From Epiperipatus broadwayi (taxonomy: Eukaryota > Animalia > Onychophora): a stretch of 64,000 bases of DNA. This document shows positions 1-11,612 of the stretch, in pieces. The translations under genes were made by a program, and so were the position numbers. The notes under the pieces were generated by a model. That model had not been told where the DNA came from, ran no database searches, and saw only the letters and a list, made by a program, of their open reading frames with translations. The DNA lies in NCBI GenBank assembly GCA_028023455.1, contig JAQFVV010000009.1, forward strand, positions 124,001-188,000, written 5' to 3'. Position 1 is the stretch's first letter, and each line of letters starts with the position of its first letter.

Positions 1-913
1 ATAGGTAAAAGATATCAAATGTTTAAAGTTTTTCTCTGTCTAAAAACAGAGATCAATCATGCAGAAAAATCAATAGGATATCAGTCCTGAACTATGGATA
101 TTATATAAGATTGTTTATGTTTTAGTAATGTGACATTTGTTTTCTTTAAGGCCTTAGTAACTGGACATCAAAGGAAAAGTTTTGGATATAACTTCATTCA
201 CAGAATACAATGGATTCCTATTTAACCAATGAAAAGAGAGAAAACAAGATAAAACTATAAGATCCAGGCATGAATCATGATATAATTTTATAAATCGATA
301 GGGACTTCCAAATATTAAATAATTTTAAAGTGTCTCTTTTTTAACATTTTAAAATTATCTAATATTTGGAACTCCTATTAACTTTTAGAATTAACCAATG
401 AATCTTACTAAGATATTATAATTTTGCCTTTTTCTTTGCTTTCATTGGTTAATTTGAAATTTAAGTATATTAATTCTGGCCTCTAACATCAAAATCTAAT
501 CAATACTGACATGTCAAAAATATTTGTAATAAATAATACTTGTGAACAATCTTAGACAGTATGCATAGCGACAATAACCAGGATAATTTTTCAGAACTGT
601 TTATTTACAGTTTCTTTATCTGTCCTTTCTCAGAGAAAAACCCAAAAGAAAACTAACACATTTTATATTGAAATAAATAAACTTATTCATTTCACTGTCA
701 ACCATGAGGTCTTCCACATGGTTAATATTTGGTTCAGAGTTGTAAAGATTGCTAAATGTAATAATAATATGTATATTTAAATGTTAAAATTATTAAATGT
801 CATACAGTAATTTACAAAATTAACAAACTTTTCGTAGACAAACTGTAAATTATAACTATATGTGCTTACACACTCTCACAAAAGAAGCTATAATTGCATG
901 AAAATTATAATTG

Positions 914-959
914 AAGCTAAGCGCTTTCAAGGCATTAAATATCCTCATAGTCATAGCTT
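914..959 (-). ncRNA. Minimal hammerhead-ribozyme-like motif, A3-U8 core variant
   Basis: Minus strand: AAGCU|AUGACUAU|GAGGauauuuaaugCCUU|GAAA|GCGC|UU|AGCUU. Stem I is AAGCU/AGCUU, stem II GAGG/CCUU, stem III the palindrome AGCGCU. Activity not shown. Confidence 0.6.
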
Positions 960-992
960 GGAATGTGCATAATTGTATAGGTATGTATATAT

Positions 993-2790
993 TGCAACAG
1001 GGCTGGGATTAAACCCTGTTTCAAAGAATAGAATTTTGGTATTTGTGCATATGCATATAGGTTTATTATTAATTGTCTGTATTTCATATTTGATTTTTTT
1101 TTTTATGTTTTTCTTCATATATTTAAATGGAGTTAAAACAGACATGAAGGGGGAGGGGGTGGCTCATTTATTTTGTTAAAGCATGTGTATGTATATATTG
1201 TTGTATAGGCAAGTGAATGGATGGAATTGTTTAAAAGAAACATAATATATACATTATTTCCATGATGAAAATCACTGTTCTTCATTTTTAATAAAATGAA
1301 AAATTTATTTTTAATGAAAATAAAAAAAAAGAGAGAGAAAATTGCCTTTTTAAAGAAGGCATTATTTTTTAAGATTCAAAAAAATAAAAGTGTTCGACAG
1401 AATTTTTGGTTAAGACAAAGAAGGAAAAGGTGCTAAAAGCTTTGCTTTTGTTTTAAAGAGAAGCCAGACCTCGGATACCATGTGCTTAGATATTAAAAAA
1501 ATAACTGAAATTCTTGGAATTGGAACTTTCTAGAATATATTTTTAAACAAAACTATAAAGAAGAGGGAGGTCAAGAGTTAGTTGGTGATATTTTTACTGA
1601 AATTTGAAGGTAAAAGAACTATTATCTACGTCCATCTATTCATGTACGTTGAAGATTTCGAAAACCGAGTGGAATCAGCTTCGAAAACCGAGTGGAATCA
1701 GCATATATATATTCGACAACTATGAATAGGCTGGGGTAAAAGCTTAAAACGTGCTGTTTTTGACCCGGTCCCACGAAGATACGTAAGCTGTTACATTATT
1801 AAACCAACATTTGAACCTGAAGGAATCCACTCCTGAACATCTGTATTAGAGTCAACATCCAAATTAATAGAGATTCAAGGAACCAAGCAGAACAACACAT
1901 TCGTGATGAGCAACTTTAATAGCCATAGTGATAAATGAAATCCTTTTCATTACCAGTCTGAATCTGTTATTTTTCCTGGGGAATTTCAGTTAATGTGGAT
2001 ACTTCATAATATATATTTTTCCTTTAAACATTAGTGCGCTTTTCTATTGACATTTAAAGACTTTTATATGATGATATTATGATCAGTTCTCTTCATCGTT
2101 AAAATTATATTTCACATTTGGATTGATTGGACATTATTTTCTCTCTTGCTTATTTGATTTGCTCATCTGTATAATATGTGTATGATTGTGTTTTATAAAA
2201 ATATTTGAGTACAAATTTTTTTTATTATTTATTTGTATTAAATTTCAATGAAATATTCGTGTGGTTTCTTTAACTCGATTTTCATGTAAGTAGCTAAGGG
2301 AAAAAATATATGTATGAATAGTAATTATTTAGCGAAATTAATTAAATACCTGATAATTGCTGTTCCCTGTATGTTTCTCATGATTTAAGTACCACCTGCG
2401 CTGAATGAGTTATCCAGTGACTGGGCTTTCTAAGTATCCCCTATCGTTCTCCCATCTCTCCCAAATACAATTCTTATGTAAATAAGACTGGCACTTGGAA
2501 TCAGAAAACTGACATCCATAAATATGTTGGATGAGAAATATGATTAAATATTATATAGTGTTTTTAGAGAAACATAGAAGTACCGCAATAAAAAAATATA
2601 TTGCATCCTCACATATACTAAATTAGCTATATTGTCATGAGTAAGGGCTTATTTCATTTTCAATGAAATATTATTATTATTGGGTAGAGTTTTAGATAAG
2701 TGTTGAATCACTGCAATAAAGAGATATATTGTAATCTTGCGTATGTTAAAATAGCTATATAGCTATGAGTAAAAAGCCAATTTCGTTACA
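993..2790 (+). repeat. 5' LTR of the gypsy provirus
   Basis: Colinear with 6901-7561 plus 9550-10565; TG...CA ends. Confidence 0.88.
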
Positions 2791-2791
2791 A

Positions 2792-2803
2792 TGGCCTCCC
2801 AAC
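2792..2803 (+). promoter_or_regulatory. Primer-binding-site-like sequence
   Basis: tggcctcccaac lies 1 nt after the 5' LTR end, a TGG-initiated motif at the expected position. Primer tRNA not identified. Confidence 0.6.
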
Positions 2804-3029
2804 TAAGGGTTTTCGAAGAGTAGAAAGTATAGGGGATAGGATATAAAAATCGAGTAATAATAAGAGAGTTATAATATATTAATTTTTTAAAAAAGGGAAG
2901 GGAGGAGGGAATTAAAGAGAGAATGTTATTGAAATGTTATGATTTATTTTGTTTTGTCTTAAGAAGTAGAAATCAAAAGTTATATATTACAGCAGATTTT
3001 AGAGAGAATAATTAAATATAGAAAAATTA

Positions 3030-6000
3030 ATATATGTAGTACAGTACTTTGTGGGCTGGGGAATTTAGCCTAGTGCGTTGAACTTCAGAAATATACACAT
3101 AAATATAGGAAAAACAATGATGGATATGAAGAGCAAAGTGAATGAGTTCATCAAAATAGATATTTAAAGGAAGGAGAGGAGAGATGCCTGGAGACATATA
3201 AAGAGCTTGAAGAGATCTTTTTTGTGGCCATAGAATTGGGGACGACAGTAAAGTGGCACACAGCCACCTCCAAGAGTATGCCCAAACTTGGTGGGAGTCA
3301 CTGTTAATCAAATCAGAAACTTTCCAAGAATATGAAAGGGCCATAAAAAACATGTTTTAGAATGAAGAGCAGCAAGAGTATATTAAAGCCCAGATCATCA
3401 GTCAAAAGTTTCACGAAGAGGAGAAAGAGGCTTACATTCATTTCATTAGATGTCAAGTGTTCAGGTTAAGGGAGGTGGAAGCACGCGAACTATCAGAAAG
3501 ACAATTTGTGGATATTGTTTGCAGAAATTTGCTGGGGAAAATAATCGGTAGGTAGGAAGAACAAGGGCAGGTTAGCAAAGCAAATTGATAAGATACTATA
3601 GCAAGTAGAAGTTAGCAAGCAATGGCAAAAAGGAGAAATCAGGCAGTCTATGAGGGCAGAAGCAAGATTAATGACAATAAAAGGTGGGCTAAAAGGAGGT
3701 GGACTGAAGAAAGGAGGCAGAGTTCCGGGGAGGACCAGGTCCCAAATTATGAGAGTCAAGCCTACCCTAAGATATGGATGACTATTGTGTGGATGCAAGT
3801 TGAGGCATTAGTAGACTAGCAGCCAAATTTCAGTATTGTTGGAGGAAGTGTACACTCAGATTATAAGCAAACAGCCTAGCGTTCAGACTATCCCAATAAA
3901 ACCAGTCCAGATTAGGATGGCTAACAATAAAAAAGTGAAGGTGGAACCTAAACAGGTATGGATAGACTTACAAATAAATGGAAAACTATTTTCACACACA
4001 TTCTTGGTCATGAAGGACCTGATTCATGATGCTCTGATAGGCTCAGCCTTTTACAAATGCGCAATTGACTTCAGAATAGAACAGTTAACATGTGAGAGGA
4101 AGGTAGTAAAGTTTACAACAAAGTTATGTAGATATATATTGATTTGTGGTGCTACAAGGAGAAGAGAAGGGAACAAAGGAAGTTATTGAGGAAAAGGTAA
4201 AAGAAGCGGCAATAGCAAATAAAAAGGGGAAGAGAGAGCTCAAGCAGATGTTAGAAAACTATAACCAGATTTTTTCGGATGTGCCAGGAATAATCCAGGG
4301 TTTCGATCAGTGAATTAAATGAAAACGGGATCTTCCATTGCAATCTCATTCTTACCCTATTCCACACCAGTATAGGGAAGTGCAAAAACAAATAAGCCAA
4401 ATGTTGGAATGTGGAGTCATTTCCAAAATGTTCATCACTGTACTGTAACCCATTGGTGGTGGTCAAAAAAAAAAATGGAACCGTCAGATTGTGTCTTGAT
4501 GACTAGGCAATTAAATCAAATAACTGTGCCAGACTGTAACATTCCATCCCCCATACATGAGTTGTTATGGAAGTTCAAAAGTAAAAGGATGTTCTCAATG
4601 TTCGATCTGACCCAGTTACTGGCAAATCAAGCTTCATCCAGAGGACTGGCAATACACAGTTTTTAGATATGAGGGATATTCATATCAATTTAATAGAATG
4701 TCATTTGGTCTGATAAATAGTGGAGCTAGACTGCTGAGATGCCTCAATCAGGTGTTACTGAATGAAATCAAGAAGCTTAGACCATGTATATTGATTATGT
4801 ATTAATAGCCTCATTGAGTATTGAAGAGCACATGTGAGATTTTCCTCAATGAGTGTGAGAAAAAGGGATCAAGATAAACTTAAAAAAGGTGCTTTGATGA
4901 AAGATGAAATGATGCTTTTGGGCCATGTGGTGGTTCTCAAGGAATGAAACCTCATCCAAACAAGTCTTAGCCATTAGGGATTTTCCTGTACTTAGATCCA
5001 GGAAGCATATCATTCCTGGGTCTGTGCAATTTTTATAAGTGATTTTATAAACAGCTGGCAGAGCGGATGGAACCGCTAGTCAGACTATTAAGAAAGAACA
5101 TACCATGAAAATGGGGCAGGGAGCAAGACAAAGCCTTTGAAGACATAAAAGAGGGGCTTGTGAAACAGGTAATGCTATCATTTCCAGATTTTAACAAGCC
5201 TTTCATCGTGCAAACTGATAACAGTGGATATGGACTGAGAATAAAATTATCACAGCTGCAAGACAAGGAACAAATGGGGGCGTTATGAGTCGATTGTTAA
5301 GAGGACCCGAACTAAATCATTCGGCCACAGAGGCATTAGCAATTGTCTGGGCATTTCTAAAGTTTAGGCCTTTCTTGCTAGAGTCAAAGGTGGTCATAGT
5401 GACTATCCACAAAAGTTTATAATTCCTAAACCATAGCTACCTGACGAACGGCTGGTTAATTCAATGGAGTTTGTTTTCCCAGTACAACTACACAGTTCAA
5501 TACCGTAAAGGGTCAGAGAACATCATCGCAGATATTTTAAGCCGAAACTCTGCTGGCTCTCAGCCTTGTCATTTAGGAATAGAAAATTTGCATACTGCTA
5601 GTATGGATTCAGGGATTAATAAAAGGATGGTGAAAGAGTTAGCCCACCTGGGTGATTGTCAGCGCAAAGATAAACGGTTAAAAGGTATGATTGAATGATT
5701 AGAAGGGATTAAGAATTTAAAAGTCACAGGAGAAGATAATCAGGCGGCAAGGTAGCGAATATGGGAGAAGATAATCAGGCGGCAAGGTAGCGAATATGTC
5801 AGTGTATATTACAGTACAAAATACAGGATGACCGAAGAGAGAAAACCCGTCATACCTCATTATATGAGAAATGATGTTGCGACTTGTGTCCATCAATTAT
5901 ATGGCCATTGTGGCACACTTAAATCTGAGCACTTAATTCGGAAATGGTTCCACTGGCAGGTATGCATGCAATGGTTATGGCTGTGCAGGATGGATGCGAA

Positions 6001-6830
6001 ATGTGTAAAAGAAATAACCAGTGAATAGGAACTATGCAGCTCAACTACCAGCCTTTAATAAAAAAAATATCTTGTGGTCAATACAATTTTATTTTCGAAG
6101 TATATTTCCACTTATCCCATCGCCTAGGCAAAGAACGCCGTGATGTAGGAAAATAGATACTTCTAGGAGGTTGGAAAGCCTAGTCATTCTCTATGACCAT
6201 GATACTCCATTCATGTCAAGGGAGTGATATAGATGGACCCAGCATCTGGAATAAGCCATATTTTCACGTCAATTTGGAACCCTCAATCGAACCCGTGTAA
6301 AAGGTAATGAGGGAATTAAGCCGCTTACTTCACATGTATCTCGGTACAAATCATAGAGGCTGCGTTAAGTATATCCAGCAGATCATAAATTTTATAAACT
6401 GGTTTGGGAATGAGTCGACTGGATTTGCACCTCTGCACTTGCATTTCGAATGACATTCCTCGATTAATAAAAAACATTACCGATTATGGAAGAACCTTCT
6501 ATCGACCAGGAAGCTGATCAAGCTAGGGCGTCCCAGACTCTGCATAGGATGGGTCAAAAAAGGAATAATAAGCCAGAAGGAAATGCACATCAATTCAAAG
6601 TAGACCAGGCCACAGTCAAGACGCCTCATGTAAGCAATCCAGGCAAGTTATATGCCAAAAATTTTGCAACTTATACAGAGATCCTTTTCCCATTTGTCCA
6701 CCATCAGAGAAATAACACTTTTGGCCTTAACATGGGGCAACAAGTCAAGGGCTCTTATAATATCTATTCGCTGAAGCCTGCATCTGCATACCCTGATAGG
6801 TAAAGAGGTAAAAAAAAAAGTAATTACGTT
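3030..6830 (+). pseudogene. gag-pol of the gypsy element (many stops and frameshifts)
   Basis: Protease-like VEALVD*; RT-like NPLVVVKKKNGTVRLCLD and YID(Y)VLIAS; RNase H FPDFNKPFIVQTD and YTVQYRKGSENIIADILSRN; integrase HHCC-like segment HQLYGHCG. Confidence 0.88.
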
Positions 6831-6888
6831 ATCTATTTTTATTAGTTTGAGCCATTCAAACACTTAGACTGTTTGAAGACTTTCGAAC

Positions 6889-6897
6889 GAAGAGAGG
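6889..6897 (+). promoter_or_regulatory. Polypurine tract
   Basis: gaagagagg lies 3 nt before the tgtaac start of the 3' LTR. Confidence 0.65.
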
Positions 6898-6900
6898 TAT

Positions 6901-9900
6901 TGTAACAGGGCTGGGATTAACCCTGTTTCAAAGAAGAGAATTTTAGTATTCGTGCATATGCATATAGGTATTTGTCCGTATTTCATATTTGATATATATT
7001 TTTTTATGTTTTTCTTCAAATAATTAAATAAAGTTAAAACGAACATGAAGAAGCGGGGAGAGGGGTAGTGCTCATTTACTTTGTTAAAGCATATGTGTGT
7101 ATATATTGTTGTATAGGCAAGCGAATGGGAGGAATTGTTTAAAAGAAACAATGAAAATAAAAAAAAGAGAAAGAAAACTACACAGATTGATCTGTGGAAT
7201 GCCTTATTAACAAAGGCATTATTTTAAATTATTTTCAAAAAAATAACTTGAAGATGTTCGATGGAATTTTTGGTTAAAACAAAAAAGGAAAAAATGCCAA
7301 AAGCATTGCTTTTGTTTTAAAGAGAAGCTGGACTTCGGATACCATGTGTTTAGATACTAAAAAAATAACTGAAATTCTTGGAATTGAAACCTTCTAGAAT
7401 ATATATATAAAGAGTATAAGAAAAAGGGGAGTCAAGAGTTAGTTGGTGATATTTTTACTGAAATTTGAAGGTAAAAGAAACTATTATCTACGTTTATCTA
7501 TTCGTGTTATTAATTTCCTACATTGAAGATTTTGGAAACCTATTAAAATCAGCATATATATTGAACCAGATACTTTATCTGCTTCAAAAGTTCCATAGTG
7601 AAACTAAAAATAACTTTTATTTTTATAAAGTTTTAAAAGAAAACTATTTAAAAGTTTTATGTATTATTATGTATTAAGAGTATGTGTAATAACTCACATA
7701 CTCGATTATATTTTAAAATTCTGTGATTTTATTTTCCATAGATCTTAGTTTAAAATAGTTTTCTTTTGTCGCTTGTTTAAAAGCAAGCAAACTTTTAATT
7801 TTTTGTAAAAAAGCTTTCCAATTTAAAAAGTTTTAATCATTTTTTTTTTAAACAAACATTTTAACTTTAAAAAATTTTGTTTGCGACAATTTCTTTTATT
7901 GTGTTGATTTTAATTTATTTTTAAAAGCTGAGACTTAATTTTGAATTTACTTTTCTTTAATTAATTTTGAATAAGAGCCCTGGTCAGATTTTTAATTGTG
8001 ATTGAGTCTGAGATAGAGATTTGTGCTGGGCTGCTAATTAAAGAGGATGCGGGAGATAAGAGTGCACATAAATAGCTCTGGGATTTTGGACTAATTATTA
8101 ATCGGTTATTCATTTTTATTCTGCTTGTTGAACATTATCTTTTGCTGTGCTGCCTCATATTTTAAAGAATGCTGTCTGCTGATAGGAAATTCTGTTGATA
8201 TCATACTACAGATCACTATTTGCTAAACAGCATTACTCTCTGCAGAATGCCAAAATTGCTCACCATGAGGAGGAATCTTTTCTGCAACATGCAGTGCAAA
8301 ATCAACCTGGACCCAGATCCAGAGTTGTTCCTCCAATATCTTGTCATAAAAGCCTGAACAAGAACTTCTGCCTAAGATTGCCTCCAGCATCCCAAACATG
8401 TAAATGGAAACCAAAATCTCCATCGAAACTTTCAAGTGAAATAAACTGTATGCACTGCTGAAAGACATCCACTGAACCTAACCTTATGCCTCAAGGACAA
8501 ACACTTTCACTTTCTAACCAGGGTTTTAATCTCTATTAGTCGCAACTTGGTCTTAAAAGAAACCTGTCTATATTATATAAGTTTTGAATATTTCTTTAAT
8601 GCTTTTACTTATCTTATGTATTTTCTTACTAGTGTATATAGTGGACTCTTAGTCTTAAGATTCCAAATTATTATTTTTTTTATTATGCATTTGTCCAAGA
8701 GTGTATTGCAAGTTTCTATTTTAAATGCATAGTGGGTTTTTTTTATTATTATTTATAATATTAACCTATGATAAATGTTTTGGCAGACATTCATAATTTG
8801 CTTTTAACTTACCTGTCCTTTATTCTTTCCTTGTAATCTATTTAGCTAAGCTTGGTTTCCATTTTCAGCAGGCCGCAAGTCTTTTGACCGGCGGTTTATC
8901 AAGGTATAGTGTTCTGTTTTTCCTAGATTGGAGATGTTATTGTCTTCTCTTTAAAATTACGTACAATAGTAATCTTTTCTTGTTATATTTTCCTGTTTTG
9001 GGTTAGAAATAACCTTGATTACCTTAAAAGTGGTTTATCATGAGCTGTTCTGCAGACACATGACATTCTTGGTCCCGATGCTTTATTCTGGATCAAGAAA
9101 AGCTCGCCTGCGCTGTTTTGTTACGTTCCCTACAAGACTGTTTTATTTTTGAAATCTTCAAATAGGAAAACTTGAATTGGTTTTTGAAACCATTAGTTGA
9201 AAGATAGTATAAACCCCTCTTTTTAAATTATAGGTGAGAAAACAAACTTTTCTGCCAGGGTGTTTAATATTTTCAATACTCACATACACTCTGATATTTC
9301 GTTTGCTTGAGATTTAACTTTTTTTTTTTTAATGTAATAAATTATGAAGTTATTTAAAATTATCTTGGCTGACATTTGTCTCTAGTCTTACTCAACTGTC
9401 TGAACAATCTTAAAGACTTCTTTCTCTCGCCGGGGTCTAGCTAGTGGCATTCATCATCATCAACTCTTGAGCATGTCAATTAAATTTTCTAGGTCGTTAG
9501 TGACCTAGTGGCACCCTCGGTGATCAAAAGAAGTGAAGTGACCGGTACAATATATTTGCCAGCTATGAATAGGCTAAGGTAAAAGCTTAAAATGTGCTGG
9601 GTTTTTGATCCCGGTTACGTAAGCTGCTACATTATTAAATCACTGCTTCAACCTGAAGGAATCCCTCCTAAACATCTGTATTAGAGTTAACATCCAAAAT
9701 AGTAGAGATTCAAGGAACCAAGTAGAACAACACATCCATGATGAACAGCCATAGCATCAAATGAAATTATTTTCATTACCAGTCTGGATCCATTACTTTC
9801 CCTGGGGAATTCCAGGTAATATGTATGCTTTATTATATATATTTTTCCTTTACACATTAGTGCGCCTTTTCTATTGATGCTTAAAGACTTTTATATGATG

Positions 9901-10565
9901 ATATTGTGATCAGTTCTCTTCACCATTAAAATTATATTTCACATCCAGATAGATTAAACATTATTTTCTCTCTATTATTCTGATTTGCTTGTCTGTACAA
10001 CGTGCTTGTGTTTTATAAAAACATCTGAACACAATTTTTTTATTTATTTATTTGTTATATTAAATTTCAATGAAATATTAGATTGTTTCTTTATCTCAAA
10101 TTTCATGTTGTTATCTAAGGAAAGAAATATATATATGTGTAATAATTATTTAGTTAAATTAGTTGAATATCTGATTATTGCTGTTCCCTGTATGTTTCTC
10201 ATGGTTTAAGTACCACCCGCGCTGAGTGAGCTAGCCAATGGCCAGGCTTTCTAGGTATCGTTCTCCCATCTCTTCCAGCATAATTCTTATGTAAATAAGA
10301 TTGGCACTTGGAGTCAGAAAACTGACATCCATAAATATGCTGGACGAGGAATATGATTAAATATTATGTAGTGTTTTTAGAGAAACATAGAAGTACTGCA
10401 ATAAAGAAATATATTGCATCCTCATGTAAATTAAATTAACTATATTGTCATAAGTAAAAGGCTTTGTTTCGTTTACAATAAAATATTATCACAGTGTCGA
10501 ATTACCGCAATAAAAATATATTGCGACCTCGCATATGTTATGAATAAAAAGCCGATTTCATTGCA
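6901..10565 (+). repeat. 3' LTR of the gypsy provirus, containing a ~2 kb nested insertion
   Basis: Matches the 5' LTR on both sides of 7562-9549. Confidence 0.88.
7562..9549. mobile_element. Nested solo LTR of a second LTR-retrotransposon family
   Basis: Absent from the 5' LTR. Ends tgaacc...ggtaca (TG...CA, near-inverted). ATAT flanks at 7558-7561 and 9550-9553. No gag/pol homology recognised. Confidence 0.72.
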
Positions 10566-11044
10566 ATATATAAACAATAGATTATTTAAACTGCATGTAA
10601 GTCAGGTTGCTCATTTAATAGAAAAAAGGAACAGAATTCTTTCTGATTTATGGCTTTACGGTTGTTAGTTCTGTTATGGACTCAAATGTATGGCCTGTGA
10701 TGTTTTGTTGTTCAAGGAAGATTGGGTTATGCTCTGGATTATCTGTGGCTCATCTATAAACATATCTGTGTTGGTGAAATCCGAATAGAGAGGCATGTGC
10801 ATGATTCACCATAATATATAGCACTATACCTTCCTTGGAGGCATGTAATTTTATGTACGATGTGTGTTCATTCTATATGAAGTCTGTCCTAAAATTGAGA
10901 GATGAGTATGATCACTTAATCGATGTGTATGTGAACAAGCTTTATGTTTTTGGCCACCCGTGGGATACATGGAAGTAATATCCAAGGTCTGTCATGTTTG
11001 GATGGGTTTGATTTCATCTTGTTATAAAATTGATAGACCTTGGA

Positions 11045-11500
11045 TACTACTTCCGTATATCCCATGGATAGCCAAAAACATTTCAATAAAGCTTGTTCAC
11101 AAATACATTGAGTAAGCTACTGTATCCTCCCACAACTAACAGATTATAGATACATTCCATATAGAACAAACTTCACACACCGTATATAAAATTACATGCT
11201 CCCCAAGCAAGGTATAGCGCTATATATATTACAGTGAATCAAGCACATGTCTCTCTATTGGATTTACAACACAGATATCTTTACAAACGATCCAGAAATA
11301 ATCCAGAGCATAAGTCAACCCTCCTCAAGCACCAAAAAAACCACAGGCCATACATTTTAGCCCATATCCACCAACACAGCATGCATCGAGCAAAATGACT
11401 CTGAGCTGAACGTCAAAGAAATGTGGCATATAGCTAACAACTCTAATGCCATAAGTAAGGAATCTTGCTTTCCCCTTTCTAAAAAATAGGCAATCTGATT
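11045..11500 (+). pseudogene. Penelope linker plus GIY-YIG endonuclease remnant
   Basis: Translates piecewise as LPYIPWIAKNISIKLVHKY, TVYKITCSPS...YYSESS and TGHTF...LNVKEMWHIANNSNAISKESCFPLSK, which are typical Penelope C-terminal motifs. Confidence 0.75.
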
Positions 11501-11564
11501 TACATACAATTTAAATAATCTATTGCCTACATATACACATACCCATACAATTACGCACATTCTA

Positions 11565-11612
11565 AGGCTAAGACTATTGAGGACATTTAATGCTAATGAA
11601 AGCGCTTAGCTT
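11565..11612 (+). ncRNA. Degenerate hammerhead-like motif (A3-U8 family, U4 changed to A)
   Basis: AGGCU|AAGACUAU|ugaggacauuuaaugcuaau|GAAA|GCGC|UU|AGCUU. Inverted partner of 914-959; stem II is disrupted. Confidence 0.4.

Larger units (their letters stand above)
993..10565 (+). mobile_element. Decayed Ty3/gypsy LTR retrotransposon provirus
   Basis: LTRs 993-2790 (tgcaac...gttaca) and 6901-10565 (tgtaac...attgca); ATAT TSD at 989-992 and 10566-10569; PBS-like and PPT sites; PR-RT-RH-IN order. Confidence 0.93.

Noticed and set aside
5729-5798. 35-bp direct repeat (also ~23 bp at ~1660-1703) as a CRISPR-like or regulatory repeat
   Set aside because: Simple two-copy tandem duplications without spacers, inside a dead retrotransposon.
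8195-8468. 88-aa and 81-aa ORFs inside the nested solo LTR
   Set aside because: No recognisable motif; short overlapping ORFs in a GC-richer LTR segment are expected by chance.
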